From assembly GCA_030068145.1 (NCBI GenBank), contig JAPJBO010000158.1, forward strand, positions 181,818-245,817: 64,000 bases of DNA. Reading direction: 5' to 3'. Source of the DNA: Diplonema papillatum (lineage: Eukaryota). A program made the position numbers and the translations under genes. Positions 11,201 through 22,589 of this stretch are shown here, in pieces. Positions within the stretch are counted from its first letter, which is position 1; the number at the start of each line of letters is the position of its first letter. Below the pieces are notes generated by a model. That model did no database searches. It saw nothing but the letters and a program-made list of their open reading frames with translations, and was not told the DNA's origin.

Positions 11201-11417
11201 AAACACAACAGGTCAAAAGTCCTGAGTGAGAAAACAACACACGGTGGTGTAAGCGAAGAACAAATCAGATTGTGTTTGTATTGTATTTGCCCCTTACCTC
11301 TATATTTCCCCCCTTCCATTCGGAGTCGAAGCAGCTACGTCGAGTATTTTGCCGCGTGCTACCCCTCGCGGCCTCTCTTCTCTGTGTGAAGGTCGAACTT
11401 TTCGAAGAAAGAGAAAG

Positions 11418-11572
11418 AAATACTCGAGGTTTGTTGAACGCTTACGCCCGCCACTAAACCCAGATTTACCTGTGTTTCGTGTGGGCTACAACACATTTAC
11501 CTCCTTTGATCTATCGCAACTGGCAGTCTCCTCAAGCATTTCCTACAAAGCAGGTGCTTATACAAAAAAAAC
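11418..11572 (+). mobile_element. SINE-like family A copy (+ orientation, A-rich 3' tail)
   Basis: Reverse complement of the ...ctgctttgtaggaaat.cttgaggag.ctgccag...gggcgtaagcgttcaac family that recurs at 36728, 50238, 53880 and 58715. This copy ends in acaaaaaaaac. Confidence 0.6.
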
Positions 11573-11939
11573 AAAGGTCGCCCTTAGCAATCGTCGCAGA
11601 GGTGGGTGACGTTAGGGGTCCGTCCACCGATTGTCTGTCCGAACTTTTCGAAAACATCGAAAAAACACAGGGGAAACATGTCAGTAGAAGCGGGCGAGAA
11701 TGGCGGCGGCGGCGGCGGCAGCGGCGGCGGCGGCGGCATCGGCGACCACCTCATCAAGAGCGCCGCTTCGGCGAAGAAGACGAAGGAGAAGGACGGCGAC
11801 GCGGTGGCGTACGCCGCGTTGAAGCACAACGTCACCGGCACCGTCGGAACCTTCGGCTACGTGACCAACCACCCGGGCGTGCCGCCTCAGAAGAGACGGG
11901 CGAACCAGCGAAAGACGGCGGAAGACGACGAAGCGAGAG

Positions 11940-12965
11940 CCGCGAAACCGTTCCTGCCTTGCGCCCGGTACAGAGGCAAGGGCGAAGACTGGACGCAGGT
12001 CCCGCCGGTCACCCGCGGGCTCGACCTCGCGGCCCGGAGGCACGCTGCCTCCGCGGATGCCCAGCGGTTCGAGCACTCGTGTTCGAAGGATCCGTGCCAC
12101 CCGCTCAACAACCCATCGCACCAACTTCTCGACGCGTCCTCCCGGCGGTCTGTCGTCGGCATGCTGCTGTCCGGCCAGCCCGTGGCGGAGACGGGATCGA
12201 CCCGAAGCACTCGCATTCCGCGCTCGTCCCCTGCTTCGGCGAACGACATGAAGTCGGTGCTGGCGTGCAGCGCGAAGCCGTGGCTCGCCGACCACAAGCC
12301 CCTGTTCACGAACACCCTTCGGAGCAGGGCCCGCTGGAACGGACGGTCGCAACTGGATTGATCCATTGCGCCTCCCTTCCAGCTGGCGCTCATGTACGCG
12401 CGTAGGCACCTATCCAGACAAGGGCCCCTGCCTGACAGTCTTGCCAGCTATTCTTTGTCTTCACGGCGGTCTGTTGTGGGACTACCTTCGGCTACGCGGC
12501 CAACCACCCGGGCGCGCCGCCGCAAGAGACGGGCGAACCAGCGAAAGACGGCGGAAGACGACTAAGCGAGAGCCGCGAAACCGTTCCTGCCTTGCGCCCG
12601 GTACAGAGGCAAGGGCGAAGACTGGACGCAGGTCCCGCGGGCTCGACCTCGCGGCCCGGAGGCACGCTGCCTCCGCGGATGCCCAGCGGTTCGAGCACTC
12701 GTGTTCGAAGGATCCGTGCCACCCGCTCAACAACCCGTCGCACCAACTTCTCGACGCGTCCTCCCGGCGGTCTGTCGTCGGCATGCTGCTGTCCGTGGCG
12801 GAGACGGGATCGACCCGAAGCACTCGCATTCCGCGCCCGTCCCCTGCTTCGGCGAACGACATGAAGTCGGTGTTGGCGTGCAGCGCGAAGCCGTGGCTCG
12901 CCGACCACAAGCCCCTGTTCACGAACACGCTGCGCAGGGCCCGCTGGAGCGGACGGTCGCAACTG
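11940..12965 (+). repeat. tandem segmental duplication (~425-bp unit at 11940-12365 and 12540-12965; third partial copy 13080-13170)
   Basis: ORFs 11606..12361 and 12366..12971 end in near-identical 140-aa tails. The DNA blocks are near-identical with small indels. Confidence 0.75.
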
Positions 12966-13479
12966 GATTGATCCAGAGCCTCGCCTCCAGCTCGATTTCA
13001 CGCTTGCGCTATGTATGCGTGCACCCAGCCAGGCACCCAGGCAAGGGATATTTTCCGGCTGTCAGACCAGCCATTCTTCACAGCGGTCTGTCGTGGGCAT
13101 GCTGCTGTCCGGCTAGCCCGTTGCGGAGACGGGATCGACCCGAAGTACTCGCATTCCGCGCTCGGCTCCTCCGATAGCAGTGCAGGTCAAGATTGTGCAC
13201 TGAGCAAGACACGCAACCAATTTGAATGACGCCGATCAGTTTGCACCACATGTTCATTTGCCGCTCCCGATATTGTCATCGTCCGACTGACCGAAGAGAA
13301 AATATCGCGTGTTGTGTCTTCTCTCCCCTAGCTGAATCCTCCGTCGTATGTTTTGTTGTATACCCTTCTTGCTTGTTGATTCTTACACGTTGCTCATCTC
13401 GATTTCTGTTCCCCCTCATTGCCTCAGTGCCGCCCCCCGAACCGTTGGAGCAAAAACCGTAGATGTTGCAATACACGGT

Positions 13480-13660
13480 GGACCGGTCATGGTCATGACC
13501 GCATGTTTGACCGGTCAGTTTTTGACCGGTCATCTGAGAAAGTTATGCGGTCATTGACCGCATACCTTGCGGTCAATGACCGCACCCTTGCGGTCATTGA
13601 CCGCACCCTTGCCGCACCCTTGCGGTCAATGACCGCAAGGTTGCGGTCATTGAACGTATC
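13480..13660. repeat. left subterminal array of the palindromic 17-mer (t)gcggtca(a/t)tgaccgca (about 8 copies)
   Basis: Read directly: accggtcatggtcatgaccgc, gcggtcattgaccgca, gcggtcaatgaccgca and similar. Confidence 0.8.
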
Positions 13661-15385
13661 CTGTGGTAAGCCACAAGGATTCCTGCCTTTTTGGGTTGAA
13701 AATCACCCGGTCTCGGTCTCTCTCTTTTCTGGTAAACGTGCTTCTGCGTTTCGGGGGTCAGAAACGCTGGTTGGAGAAAAGGTATGTTGGGTGTCACATA
13801 CAGGGCTTTTTGGTGGGATTTCTGAGGTCACAATCACACGGTGTGCTCCAGCACCGGGTGAACTGTGCAGTCCATTTTGCGGGTGTCACACCTGCACCTG
13901 TGTAAAGTTTAGATGGCTTCGAAGTTGTAGACGTTGGAGTGCCGCGGTCTTGACCAGGACTCGCCTGGCCGCTCGCGCTCCGATCTGTGCCAAGCAGTCA
14001 GGGCGCGAGCGGAGGCACCAAATTTATGGCCTCATACGTCAAGAACCTTGTGCGCCCTGGACGCCCGCATACTCGAGGTTCTAAGCAGCGCCAGAAACTC
14101 GCCCAGAATCTGGGGAGCAGCGCCGTGGTCATGGACGGCATCGAAGATCGTCCTGAACTCCTTCACGCCCGGCGGCTTCGCCCGCCGTGGGTCCGGCGAC
14201 TCCTCCTGAGGACAGCCATCATCCTACTCACGCTCTTTCATTGAGCGGGTCGTCGAGGACACACGCCGCCGCTTTGTTCTCCGCCAGCACGGACGCCATG
14301 ATGTTTAGGGGCACCCCATAGGCCCATTGTCGCCCATCAGCAACAGGCGACCACCGCCACCGTAGGGCCCGACGCCCATGCCTCGACACTTGGGCCTGTT
14401 GTCCGTGGCTCTCGGAGCAGGGAGCCCCGGGGCTGGTCGGTGCCCGGGGCTCAGCCCCGGAGCGCTCCAGGAGCCCGACAGGGACGGGCATAGAACACAC
14501 TTTCTACTGTTTTCCAGGTAGATCCGTTCCCAGCCGCGAGCGAGGCGACTCCTCGACTCGTCTGTGGGAGAGCGGCAGAAGAGGATAAAGGCCTCCCAGA
14601 GCTTGTATTTCCCAGCACCTTTCTTTCTTGTCCTGCTCATCCGCACCCAGTTCACTTTGGTCGTCAACGCAAACCCATCAACGCTCTCGTCCTCCGAATC
14701 TTCATCGACGGGTGAAGATCAGAGCCAAAGGGGACAGCTTTATCGGTCTCAGGGGTGAACACCGACGACCCCCTGCAGATGGCGCAGTACATGGCGCAGC
14801 TTGGGCGGCGGCCATCACTCAGCTGCCACCCGGACGGTGTTAACGAGTTTTCAGATTTTTCTGGACTCGGTGCCGTCGCCGCCGAAGAACCTGGCAGACC
14901 AGATCACTGCCTGGGGAGCTTGGCCGACGGCCGCCGCCCAGGCTTTGATGTGGCAAGGGGCGGTGCGGACTCGTTGCCGCTCCTCTGTCCGCATCGTGCT
15001 GCGGCACCTCGATGGGATCTCGGGCCCGAACCTCCTGCTTTTCCCGGGCCACGAGTACCAACAACTGCTCGGGACCTGAAGTCCTATTTCTTCCAATTCC
15101 CAGTAGGACGGCCGACGCCCGGGAGCCCAACGGGCTACGAGATGAGGCCAATTTTCCGCGGCGGCGAGGAGACGATGGGGGTCTTTGAGACGCAGCTGAA
15201 GGCGAGGCGTGGGGGATGGACCTTTTCCCGACGTACAGAAGAGAGAGGGCGGAGCGTGCAGCGAGATGGACGGCCTTCGACGACACCACGGAGAAGAAGA
15301 AGGGCAAGAAGTCGGCCGTTGTCGGAGGAGACCCGTGGCTCGTACCGGAAGGGATTTCCCGACACGAAAAGTGGGGTGAGCGGAA

Positions 15386-15830
15386 ATGTGTGCCGAGCAC
15401 CGGATGACGCAGTGCACCACATGTAAGACGACAACGGAATGCTGTCGCAACCATCACCACCGATGTCTCGACCATGAGATGCCGACGTGCGACAGCTGCA
15501 AGAAACACGCCGACCTGAGGAGTAGGAGACGCGGGCACTGCTGCAGGAAAGGGCACCACCGGGCGGCCGTGGCGAGAGGAGAAGAATCAACGACGAAGAA
15601 GAGGAAAGCGGAGCCGGAGGGCCCCGCGTCAGCGCCGAGACAGGCGAAGCGTGAGAGCGTGGTGCTCGTTCTGCCGGAAGCAGCGGAAGGCGAGCGAGGA
15701 CCCGCAACATCGACATCGACTTCAGCAGCGAAGGTCGGGAAGACGGCGCTTTCTTCGGGCTTCGGACCAGGAGACCCGACGGGGGCGTGGCTCTGTATTG
15801 GTGGCGCCTGGGCAGGTCGTTTTCTATGAT
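15386..15830 (+). pseudogene. fragment related to the Cys/His-rich plus Lys-rich C-terminal tail of the LINE at 37.5-40.4 kb
   Basis: CCRNHHH...CCRKGHH here matches ACCRHHHA...CCKKGHH in the LINE ORF. DNA ctgctgcaggaaagggcaccaccg matches ctgctgcaaaaagggccaccacg. Confidence 0.4.
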
Positions 15831-15837
15831 TGCGCAG

Positions 15838-16205
15838 GACTCTGATTTTGTTATCACGGAGGTTGCCGGGGACGACAGGATAGTCTGGTACGACGACTGG
15901 GCCCTCGTCGTTGCCTGTCCGGGCGCGCTTCGCGCTGTGCGCAACCGGGTCCTGCAGCGTGCCCGCATGATGGTCAAGGACGAGTAGTCTGTCCTCGAGC
16001 AAGGACGAGAAGTCTGTCCTCGAGCCCAGCTCGACGCCGGTTGTCCTGGGAGTCGAGTTCGACTTCGCAGCGAAGAGGTACCGGCTGAAGCAAGGGTGGG
16101 TGCAGAAGCCGCACCTCCTCTTTTGCTCGGTCGATTTGACGCAAATGACTCTGCGCGGCGTCTGGAAGTCGTCGAGACCGCAATTTGAGCGTGGATGGTA
16201 TGGGG
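15838..16205 (+). pseudogene. frameshifted fragment of an LTR/DIRS-type reverse transcriptase (motif C-D-E region)
   Basis: ...FVITEVAGDDRIVWYDDWALVV...LRAVRNRVLQRARMMVKDE / KSVLEPSSTPVVLGVEFDFAAKRYRLKQ fits the YxDD...L..L...G..N.KS.L.P....LG..D pattern. The two reading frames are joined across a short tandem duplication (gacgagtagtctgtcctcgagc x2). Confidence 0.3.
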
Positions 16206-17449
16206 CACACTGCACTGCAGGGTGAGCCCAGTGCTTGCGGATGGTGACCCGAGTCGCTAGTCCGCGTGAGGGACGATATCGTTTCGTTCCTGCGGGGGTG
16301 AGCCGGCGTCTATCGGACAACCGGTGGGTCGGCTTCGACTCGAAGCTGCACCCTCGTGGAGGCGTGGTCCGATGCCGTTTTGTTGTCGGCTCCGACGCAG
16401 AGTTCGTCCGCTTCTTCGCTCGCGTCAGTGCCGTCTTCTTCACCCTCACCGCTGGCTTTAATGTTGATGTTGCGGGTCTCTGATGTTGCTTGTCTTCTGC
16501 TGCTTCAGGTAGCATTCCGGGTGTGCTCTTTGTCGCTTTGACGATACGTGGCGAGCAACGTTTTTCCCTCATGTGGAAACCGAGTCAGTAATCGGTTCCC
16601 TCAATCCGCTGACCATGATTGGCGCTCATGCTCGATTCGATTGTATTTACGGTGAGGCAGTTTCTCACTGGCGTTGTGGTGGATGGAAGGTGACCTCGCC
16701 CAAGCTCGTTTCCCGGGTTAAGGCAGTCACTCAGCATTCCCTTGCGCTAGTCAGTTACAAATACGTGTTCTTACTTTTCCCTTTCTTCTGGGCAGTTCTC
16801 GTCAGACAATACGAAGAGCAGAAATTCCATGGCGATGTGGGCCCCGTAGAGATGTCCCGCAGCACATCTTCTTTGCCGAGCTGACGACGGCAAAGTTTGC
16901 GACTCCGCTGTCGACAAGTAGAATCTTTGTCGACAACTTGCCTTTGTTTGTGCGCTCGCAGCCTTTGTTCGCACTTTCTCTCGTTGAAGAGATATTGTGC
17001 TATTTGCAAAGGCTGCCTTCCTGTTGAAATCATCTGTTCTCATAGTAGTGGACGCCACACTAATTTTTGTGTACGCCGGTACACAACTGTTTGCGAGACT
17101 GGAGGCACTCGTTGCATCGAAGAGTTTGCAAAGGTCGACAGTCAACCTTGGGTTTTACATCGTCTGTTACGATGGAAAGGTGCGTGGCGTCCCGTGTCTT
17201 TCTTCGCACGGGCTCACCGTCGCATCGTTTGAGAGAGCTACACCACCAGGCTCGTTGCCAATCAAAAAACTGTCAGCTGCCCTGAAAGTGTCTCACTCCT
17301 CTGCGAGGTCGGTTTGAGACGCTTTCACGGGTAAAAACGGTGAGCCACTTACACGGGGGGGGGTACGTATAGTTGTAAGTGCGTACTTCGAGAATTAGGC
17401 CTTGCGTGGGTACACTTTGCTGCCTATTTTACCTTGCAAACTTTCATAA

Positions 17450-17590
17450 GTACCGGTTATTGACCGCAATGTTGCGGTCAATGACCGCATGGGTGCGGTC
17501 AATGACCAGTACCCTACCGGTCAATGACCGCAAGGTACCGGTCAACATTATTGCGGTCAGCGTGGTTGCGGTCATTGACCGCACCAGCCC
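17450..17590. repeat. right subterminal array of the palindromic GGTCAATGACC motif
   Basis: gcggtcaatgaccgca, accggtcaatgaccgca, gcggtcattgaccgca read directly. Confidence 0.8.
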
Positions 17591-17614
17591 TTGACCGGTC
17601 CACCGTGTGCAGGA

Positions 17615-19204
17615 GGGGGGGGGGGGGGGGGGTTTGGGCGGAAAAATCCCCGCATAGTTCACCAGGGTCTGACGGGTACTGAGGCCCCATACCCTTCCTA
17701 AAACATCATTCTGCGTTCAAATACGCCCTCAGAAGCCTCCGGAGAGCCTTCTATGATGTCCCAAATGCGATTTTGTGGGTTTTTAGGGGGTCCCCCCGTC
17801 TGCTGGCCGTAAACCGCCATAGAAGACACATATGCAACCTGATGCTGGGTCGCTCCTCGGAGCAAAATCTCGGCCTAAACACACGTTTTCGGCGTTCTCT
17901 ATCATTCTCCAGGTGCATTCGACCCTCGGACTTCATAAATTATCTCGCTTACAGGTGTTCCGGGGTGTGCAAAAACAAGGCGAATGGACCCTACAGACCG
18001 TACCACGCCCTGCCTGTCTATACAGGCTTTGGGGTCGAATTGCGCCGCCTTGGCGCCATGTGCACCGTTTTGGTCTCGTTTGTGCTGCTTTGGGATCCAC
18101 TAAGAACTCTGGTCTGATTTGCGGGACGCTTTGCTCGGTTTTGGTGCCCACTTTCACCGTTCAAAGTGCATCCAGTGGTGAAGACTTTGCGCCGAAGCTG
18201 GAGAGGAAGCGACCCAGTAGGCGCCACTTCACCGTGAGCGGGTCTCGGAACAGGACTCAAACTGTGGCCCAGGTGATACTGCCGACCATGGCGGGTGTGT
18301 GCGCCACACAGTTTGTCTGACCAAGCTCACTGCACAGGAGCTTGCCACACATCCCTCGGGTCATGTGCCGCCTGTGCAAAGACATCCAGCGAGAAGCACT
18401 TTGCAGCCATGGGTGAGAAAGATGCCAGAAGGGAAGACATTGCCAGGAAAGCTCTGAAAGCCTGCCCTGAAAGCGGTGAAGCCTGCTTCAAAATCATGAA
18501 GTGAACGCGTCGTAGTCAACCGCTTGAGAACGGCTGATGATCGCCTGTTACTTAACGCTTGTCCTACTTCGTTCACCAAGCCTTGCAGAATCACCAGAAT
18601 AGCATAACATGATGCAGGTAGAAGCCTGAACAGGCCTTAGAACAGTGAAAGTGGGCGCCAAAACCGAGGAAAGCGTCCCGCAAATCAGACCAGAGTTCTT
18701 AATGGACCCCAAAGCAGCACAAACGAAGCCCGAAACGGTGGATGTGGCGCCAAAGCCGGTGCAATTTGACCCCAAAGCCTGTATAGACAGGCAGGGCGTA
18801 GTTCGGTCTGTCCCCAATGCAGGGGGCCATTCTCCTTATCTTTGCACGTCCCGGAACACCTGTGAGTGAAAGAAACCACGAAGCCCGAGGGTCGAATGCA
18901 CCTGGAGAGTGCTAGAGAACGCCGAAAACGTGTGTTTGGGCTGGGATCTTGCACAGAGAAGCGACCCAGCTTCAGGTTGCATATGTGTCTACTATGGCGG
19001 TTTACGGCCAACAGGCGGGGGGACCCCCTAAAAACCCACAAAATCGCATTTGGGACATCATAGAAGGCTCTCCGGAGGTTTCTGAGGGCGTGTTTGAACG
19101 CAGAATGATGTTTTAGGAAGGCTATGGGGCCTCAGTACCCGTCAGACCCTGGTGAACTATGCGGGGATTTTTCCGCCCAACCCCCCCCCCCCCCCCCCCC
19201 CCTT
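17615..19204. repeat. large palindrome: G24 run, ~525-bp arm, ~480-bp unique spacer, inverted arm, C24 run
   Basis: 17637-18160 is the reverse complement of 18640-19180. The arm ends are near-identical and the interior is diverged. ORFs 17773..18117(+) and 18685..19041(-) encode the same peptide, which is an artefact of the symmetry. Poly-G 17615-17636 and poly-C 19180-19204 cap the structure. Confidence 0.85.
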
Positions 19205-19743
19205 TTGGCATCGTACCATATGATGTCGAACACCAAGCGTTGGCAACCCAGGAGTCTACGACATAGTGAATGATGGGAAACTGGAGAGCTTCGATAGAAG
19301 AAGCACTACTGCCGCATCGCCACGGCCAAGCGCAGGTGTTTTGAAGGGTGTTATTCTATTCGGTGTAAAGTTCTCTATTGCAAGAGCCTGCTACACCTCA
19401 AATGCAAACAGCAAGGAGGGCTGTCTTGTTTGCGCGTGCCGGTTGATGGATGGTGTTACGTCACCCGCAAGATTCTTTTGTACAGAACGTCCGCAACAGA
19501 CAACAAAGACACACTCTCACGCACGTGCTACCCTAAAAAAAGATATGCATGCCAATTTGCGATACCATGAAAAGAACCTGCTGGGCGCGTCACTTCGCGC
19601 TGCTTCGCGGCGGGCTGCGACCGACAGGGCCAGATGGCGCTGAACGCGAGGGTGGCGGCACGATACCACGAAAGTACTCTTTGAACCATCCCGCAGAGAA
19701 GAGGGAGAGGTCGGGGGGGGGGGGCGAATAAAGTTGAAGCGAG

Positions 19744-20197
19744 ATGGAAAACGCTAAATCGTGGGAAGCCACCCGCCACCTGCTGAGCGCGCTCACTTCG
19801 CGCTGCTTCGCGGCGGGCTGCGACCGGCAGAGTCAGATGGCGCTGAACGCGAGAGTGGCGGCGATGGCCGAGGGCTTGCTGAAGGAAGTCACGCCCGCGC
19901 AGGTCGCTTCGCTCGCGGCCGGGACCCGCGCCGTCGTCACCGACATCGAAGGCACCACGACGCCCATCCCCTTCGTGTCCACCGTCCTGTTCCCGTACTC
20001 CGACGCTCGCTTCGAAGAGTATGTGCGCAAGCACTACTCGTCTCTCTCCGCCATCATCACCACACTGCGTGCCCAAGCCGTCGCCGACCGGGCAGCCAAC
20101 CCGCCTGTAGCAGCGCCCCCTATCCGGGAAGAGGGCACCGACGCCGAAATCATCGCCGACGTCGTGGCCAACCTGCTCTACAACAGCAAAGCGAACC
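19744..20197 (+). CDS. ENOPH1: enolase-phosphatase E1 (HAD-family; methionine-salvage pathway), exon 1. The true start may be the internal ATG at 19837 or 19864.
   Basis: [22 protein letters not shown] matches the ENOPH1 N-terminus [22 protein letters not shown]. A phase-1 GTATGC donor lies at 20198. The segment 19783-19862 is a tandem duplicate of 19585-19665. Confidence 0.65.
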
Positions 20198-20369
20198 GTA
20201 TGCCCCTTCCCCTCGCGGCTAAACGAACAGTGCATGCTAATCCATGTGGTTCATGTACTTAAAAGAACTCAAGGCTAAACGAACATCCCACGGCACAGAG
20301 AAAGAAGAACTACTCTACGGCACCAGTTGTCGACAACGAAAGATAGAACAGAACAGAAAATAAGACTCT

Positions 20370-21110
20370 GCATTCCGCGAAGAAGACTTGAAGCTAGCAT
20401 CAAACACATGAGAGGCAAGTAGCGCCTGAACACGAAACTAAGATCTTCCCCTTAGAAGATCGTTTCCCTGGAGAAAGCTTAAACGCTTTCAACCCTTGAA
20501 AGTAGTGCCCCGTGGCGGTTGGTTACGAGCCACAATCCCATCCAAACCCGCACTCTTTTTACCTCTTGCTAATTTTGCATCTCTTTTCTCGACAACATCT
20601 TCCTAATTTTGCATCCATTTTCTAGACACCATCATCAAAGAAGACTTGACGCATGAGGCAGCGCCCTGCCTAGACATTAACCTAAGATTTCCCCCTTAGA
20701 AGGACGAGGTGCAACAACACCGCGGTGAAAGAGAATAAACAGGACTAATCCCTCACGGTTTCATACCCTACCTGCGGAGTCATACACTCCTTACGACCCC
20801 TTTACCCTTCTCCCTTTTCTATTTTACACTTTCTTCGAAGAAGAGTTGATGCTAGCATCAGTCCTGCCTGAACATTAAACTAAGACTTTCCCCTTGAGGT
20901 GCACACAACACCGCGGTGAAAAATAACAAAGAGGACTAGTCGAGTCCCTTAAGGTTTCGCACCTTCCTGCTGGAGTCTTACACTCCCTGCAACCCTTTTC
21001 CCTTTCCTTTTCTATCTTACACTTTCTTCGAAGAAGACTTGGTGCTAGGCAGTGCCCTGCCTAAACATTAAACTAAGTTTTTCCCCCGGACAGTATTTTG
21101 CATCCCCCAA
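20370..21110 (+). repeat. 4 tandem units (~180-250 bp) of dispersed repeat family C inside ENOPH1 intron 1
   Basis: Reiterated ...ttcttcgaagaagacttg.tgctagcatc...cctgcctgaacattaaactaagactttcccc... units. Related copies at 31590-31760, 31960-32010, 56895-57010 and 57390-57440. Confidence 0.75.
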
Positions 21111-21312
21111 CCACGCTACATCCGTCCCCCGAAGGATCCCGCCCCACCCTTCGGAGAGGAGTCACAGGACCCAAACGCAGCGCGCTGGAAACTCAACTCG
21201 ACGGATGAAAGTGGAATAGCCCGCAATACAGCGGGCTATTCTTCGCTTCGGACGTTACCCCGCTTTAAACCGTGCACTTTAACATCCGACACATGCACCC
21301 CTTCCCACGCAG

Positions 21313-21824
21313 GCAAAGTGACGCCGCTGAAGGAGCTGCAGGGCATGATCTGGAAGGAGGGTTACGCCTCCGGCGCCCTCGTGAGCCAGATATACGAGGA
21401 CGTGCCCCGGGCCTTCCGGCGGTGGAAGGCGCAGGGCAGGCGGGTGTACATATACAGCAGCGGCTCGGTCGCCGCCCAGAAGCTGCTGTTTTCGGGCGGC
21501 TCGGAAGGCAGCCTGCTCGGCTCCATCGACGGCCACTTCGACACGACGACGGGGCACAAGCAGGAGGTCGCGTCTTACGCCGCGATCGCGAAGGAGATCG
21601 GGGAAAAGCCGGCGGACGTGCTGTTCCTGACCGACATCGTCGGCGAGGCGGTGGCGGCTCGGTCGGCCGGCATGACGGCGATGCTGCTGCTTCGGCCTGA
21701 CAACAACCTCTTCTCGCCGGACGACCAACCGGCCGCTGCTTCGTTCCTGCAGCTCCTCGACTTCGACGACCTTTTCCCTGTTGACAACTCGGAGCCGGAG
21801 ACCAAGAAACAGCGGACCGTGTGA
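21313..21824 (+). CDS. ENOPH1: enolase-phosphatase E1, exon 2 (to stop codon)
   Basis: [39 protein letters not shown]...VLFLTD matches [39 protein letters not shown]...ILFLTD. The AG acceptor at 21311-12 joins SKAN|R|KVTPLKELQG in frame. Confidence 0.8.
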
Positions 21825-22589
21825 CCACAAGCACTCGGAAAGCTCGGGAAGAATGTACCAACGTGAATTGTGACGCCAAACGTGAAGGGAGTCGGATAGC
21901 CGAAAGACGTGCTCTGTAGCTGCTGCTGCTTTCCTGCAAATTGGATCACTGACCGCTCGGCACGCTCGGAAGAATGTGACCAATCGTGAAGGGTACAGGA
22001 TAACCTGAGGACGTGCTGCTCTTGTCGAACATCCTGCAAACCTGAACTCAACTTGAAATCTTCTTGGCCAACCTGTAGCTGCTGCTGCTTTCCTGCAAAA
22101 GTGGTTGACCAAGAACCAGCGGACCGTGCGACCACTGACCACTCGGCTCTTTTGCGCAGGTGTCTATAGTAAAGAAGACACAGGAAGTCGCATCTTACGC
22201 TAGTCACGAAAGGAGTTGGAGAGAAGCGCGTGAACCGGCAGCCAAGATGTGACAGGCCCTGTGGCGTAGGGCTCTCAAGGCGAGTTGCGCTGAATATCGG
22301 GGGACTTGTTGTTGTCAATGGGCCTGGCGCACTTTTCACCTTTTCGTCTGAGGTTTGTTGCGTTGATGCCCTCACGCACAAGACCTGGTGCCTGCGTGCA
22401 GGAAACCCACCGGAAATAGCAGTTCTTCAGGAGAGTGGAAGTTGCATTCTCTCCCTCATGTTGCATGCAACGGGCACGAGCCTTGCGCCAGCAAGCCTTT
22501 TTCTCGTCAGCTATCCCCTCTCGTCCGTTCGCCACCGCCGTATTCCGGCGCCAGTGATTCAAGAACTTCCGTTCTTTTCTTATCCGTTT

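Larger units (their letters stand above)
13473..17608. mobile_element. TIR-bounded ~4.1-kb unit: exact 17-nt terminal inverted repeats (acacggtggaccggtca), subterminal arrays of the palindromic GGTCA(A/T)TGACC motif, retroelement debris inside
   Basis: 13473-13489 is the exact reverse complement of 17592-17608. Arrays of tgcggtcaatgaccgca sit just inside each end (13480-13660 and 17450-17590). No target-site duplication is visible. The interior holds a LINE-tail-like Cys/His fragment and an LTR/DIRS-like RT fragment. Confidence 0.35.

Noticed and set aside
17773-19041. Pair of ~115-aa ORFs (17773..18117 + and 18685..19041 -) as a duplicated gene
   Set aside because: They are mirror images produced by the palindrome arms and have no recognisable domain. 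Coding potential is not supported beyond the symmetry.
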